Source: Podarcis vaucheri (taxonomy: Eukaryota). From it: DNA of 64,000 nt. The number at the start of each line of letters is the position of its first letter. Position 1 is the first letter of the stretch. The notes below the pieces were generated by a model. The model was not told where the DNA came from. It saw only the letters and a list, made by a program, of their open reading frames with translations, and ran no database searches. The stretch lies in assembly GCA_965113315.1 (NCBI GenBank), contig OZ220364.1; one strand, 5' to 3'. Both the position numbers and the translations under genes were made by a program. Positions 61,282 to 64,000 of the stretch are shown here, one piece after another.

Positions 61282-61872
61282 CCACATGCTAAATAAGACC
61301 CATAGAATTAAGTGGGACTTGTTTGCTGGTCTATATGACTGGGATCCGACTATGTGTGAAAAAAGCCTGTTTAGCCGAAAACAAGTTTCATAAGAACAAT
61401 AACATGAATTTCAGATTGGAAACCAGGAGGAAGAAGCAAATGCCAAATTCTTTATTACTTTGATTGCAAAGTATATGATCTGATTTAGAAATGAGGGGTG
61501 TATTTTTAAAATAATTAAATCAAAGCCCATCAATTGTTTGGGAACAATTGTCAATATTATACTGATTGTTCCTTTGGAACTTAGGTATTATCTAGTGTAG
61601 GAGACAGAAAGTCTATGAGAGCGGTAAGTTTATTTCCCCCAGTACATTATTGTTAGAGAACTTTTGTCACCTGGACGGATTTTTTCCATGCTGTATGATA
61701 TTTCTGTCAAAAGTCCAGAAACCAGCCTGACCCGATTAAGACATGAATCCAATACCTTCCATTTGTAAAGTGCTAGAACCCGGTGATGCAAATTCATATA
61801 TCTTCTCACCCCTACAAAAATTAGAAATAAACATGTTTCCACTAAAATATATACTGTTTATAAACAGAGTTA

Positions 61873-62053
61873 TAGCACAGTTCTATACACTCTGATCAGA
61901 AGTAAGTCCTACTGAAGTCGGCAAGGTTTGCTCCTTTTGCAAGTATAGGATTGCAGCATTTACAGTGCAATTCTAAGCATGACTACTCAGAAGTAAGCCC
62001 CACTAAGTTCAGTGGTACCTACTCCCAGGTAAATGGGCATAAGATTGCATCCC
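61873..62053. mobile_element. Two head-to-tail family A copies (61873-61958 and 61963-62053)
   Basis: Both contain cagaagtaagYcc and end in ataRgattgca. The second copy is the best preserved imperfect palindrome and is flanked by TTA and TAA. Confidence 0.8.
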
Positions 62054-63916
62054 TAATGTATGAACTGTGTGTATAAACTTTTTTAAAAAAGTGTAGATCT
62101 TAATTCACTACTGTGGGGACATGTAAGTATATTTTCATGAGAATTGGGGCATACAAACAGTACGGGGGTGGGATAGCACCCCGGAATATCTACACAGGGA
62201 TAGTTAAAGGGGTTCACACAGCCAACAAAGTCAATAGGAAGCTGTGGAAGTTAACATTTCATAAGCACACTAGAAGACCGGCAATCCAAAAGTAGCTCTT
62301 TGGGTGCCCAGATATATTTATAACTTCCTCAACATACCCATCTGGTGTAATGATTTATTTGTAGTATGTGTTGTTATTTTAAAGGAAACATTTTAAAATA
62401 CACACAGACCATAGGTATCCTTTCCATCTTCCTGCCACTGGTGGCTTTTGTGGCATCTCTTTATTCTTCCTCGCATTTCAGCCCATTGGTGGTTCCACCA
62501 CTGAATTTTCTTTGTCCATAAATAGTCTGTAATTTTGGCTTTTCGGACCAGTTGCTCCCCACACCGCTGCAGAATCCCCATGACAGATTCCCACAGTAAT
62601 CTTTATATTAGCATTTCTAGCCCTTCCATCAACAAGGAAATCTGTTGGGTCTGCCCGTCACTCGCCACGAAAGCCCCTATAATAAATATAGGGTTGGAAG
62701 GGAATTCTCTCATTCCATCAACATGCTGGGCAAGGAACATAGATTTTGAGCCATCAAGGGAAAGCAGAATGCCCCGTACGGGGATATTTTAGCATTAACT
62801 GCATATAATTCCCCCCTGGAATGCAAATTTAGCCAAGAAATTGTAACTCTCCGTCTCACGTTATACAAGTACTGTACGTTCTTTCTTCTACACCCTCCCC
62901 CCTTTTCTTGATTTGTGTGTGTATAAATATGTGTTTTCTTTGGTTTTTCAAAGACTCGTCTTCTGTTTTGTTCAAACATGTTCAGTACAAAGCTAAAGCT
63001 TTGCAAACTTCTCCGCTCCATTTTGGAGAAAATTAATGGTCATGGTTTCTTCACGGCAGAACTGAATGAATATAATTGTCCCAGGGTTTTTGGATTCTCT
63101 CCAAGGTGTAGCAGAAGACTCTGAAAGTTTGTAAATCCCCCCTCGCAACGGACTGACTGCACACAGGGTTGTGTGTGGAAAATGGCAGGTCAGTGTGTGT
63201 GTTCATAGGCAAAGCTATGGGAGACAATAGGCGAAGCATCCACCATCCTATTTCCCCCACTTATTTTTCCCCTATTGACCATCATGAATTCCAGCAATTC
63301 ACTTCTAAGCACATTTCTAAGATGTCCTCGGAGTACATCGGCTTCAAAGAGAACGTTGACATCATAGGTTCTCCAGAAAATCCAGGCGCCGTTCCTCTGC
63401 TCCTTCCTCCACGGGTTGGGGCCCAAAAAATCGTCACCGAGTGGAATTGCCTCGAGAAATGGGTTGGGATAGTCCATGTTTTTAGCCATTCCTCGGCGTG
63501 AATTTCTGCCCTCCTAGTAACATGTCACGTCCTGGAGGCCTGCAGAAGTCTAGAATTTCACAGGGGCCCAGCCTCCTGGCTCTCTTGTTCATTGTTTTGC
63601 CTGGCGCTGCAACGAGAAGAGCTCTAATTATTATTACAATAAAACACGTGTTCGTGGGTGCTGAAACCAGTGCATTCATTTATCTGACGATGGTGGTGAT
63701 GGTGATTATGATGATACTAATAGGACCCTTCCCTTGTCTTCCTTTGTTCCTTGTCATCCTTTCTCTATCCTACCCCCTTAGAATTTTCGCAATAGAGGCG
63801 GTTCAATCTCCCTTTCTCGTCTCTTTTCCCACCCAAGAAATGGAGCATATCTTTTCTTTTTTAAAAAAGCATAAAAGACCCTCTATTTTTCCTCGCCTTC
63901 TTTTCTGTAGGGTAGC

Positions 63917-63976
63917 TCCTTCCTTCCTTCCTTCCTTCCTTCCTTCCTTCCTTCCTTCCTTCCTTCCTTCCTTCCT
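63917..63976. repeat. (TCCT)n tetranucleotide microsatellite
   Basis: Read directly from the sequence. Confidence 0.95.
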
Positions 63977-64000
63977 CTCTTCCTTTATTTCCTCTATCTC

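Noticed and set aside
62300-63700. Possible LINE or other coding fragments upstream of HOXC13
   Set aside because: The short ORFs show no reverse transcriptase, endonuclease or transposase motifs that I can recognise.

Overview
This is vertebrate genomic DNA: the 5' (posterior) end of a HoxC cluster, with all Hox genes on the minus strand in canonical order. HOXC13 (306 aa), HOXC12 (267 aa) and HOXC11 (303 aa) are complete two-exon genes with phase-1 GT-AG introns. HOXC10 is represented by coding exon 1 only; its intron runs off the left edge. The proteins lack the mammalian poly-Gly/poly-Ala tracts, and the intergenic DNA carries many short non-autonomous DNA transposons and microsatellites, which points to a squamate reptile, probably a lizard (inference). 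I found no prokaryotic-type system and no convincing new protein-coding gene. The most notable observations are: (1) a ~30-residue poly-Pro/Gln insertion in HOXC10; (2) upstream AUGs within 55 nt of the start codons of HOXC10, HOXC12 and HOXC13; (3) at least a dozen ~90-bp palindromic elements, two of them carrying nested hAT-type MITEs, one with perfect TIRs and TSD; (4) a cluster of DR0/TCAAGG nuclear-receptor (NR6A1/NR5A/ERR-type) motifs between HOXC12 and HOXC13; (5) a TCACGTG E-box at a similar distance upstream of all four start codons; (6) a possible +4 splice donor giving a homeodomain-less HOXC11. There are two assembly gaps. All comparisons with human sequences are from memory and need checking.
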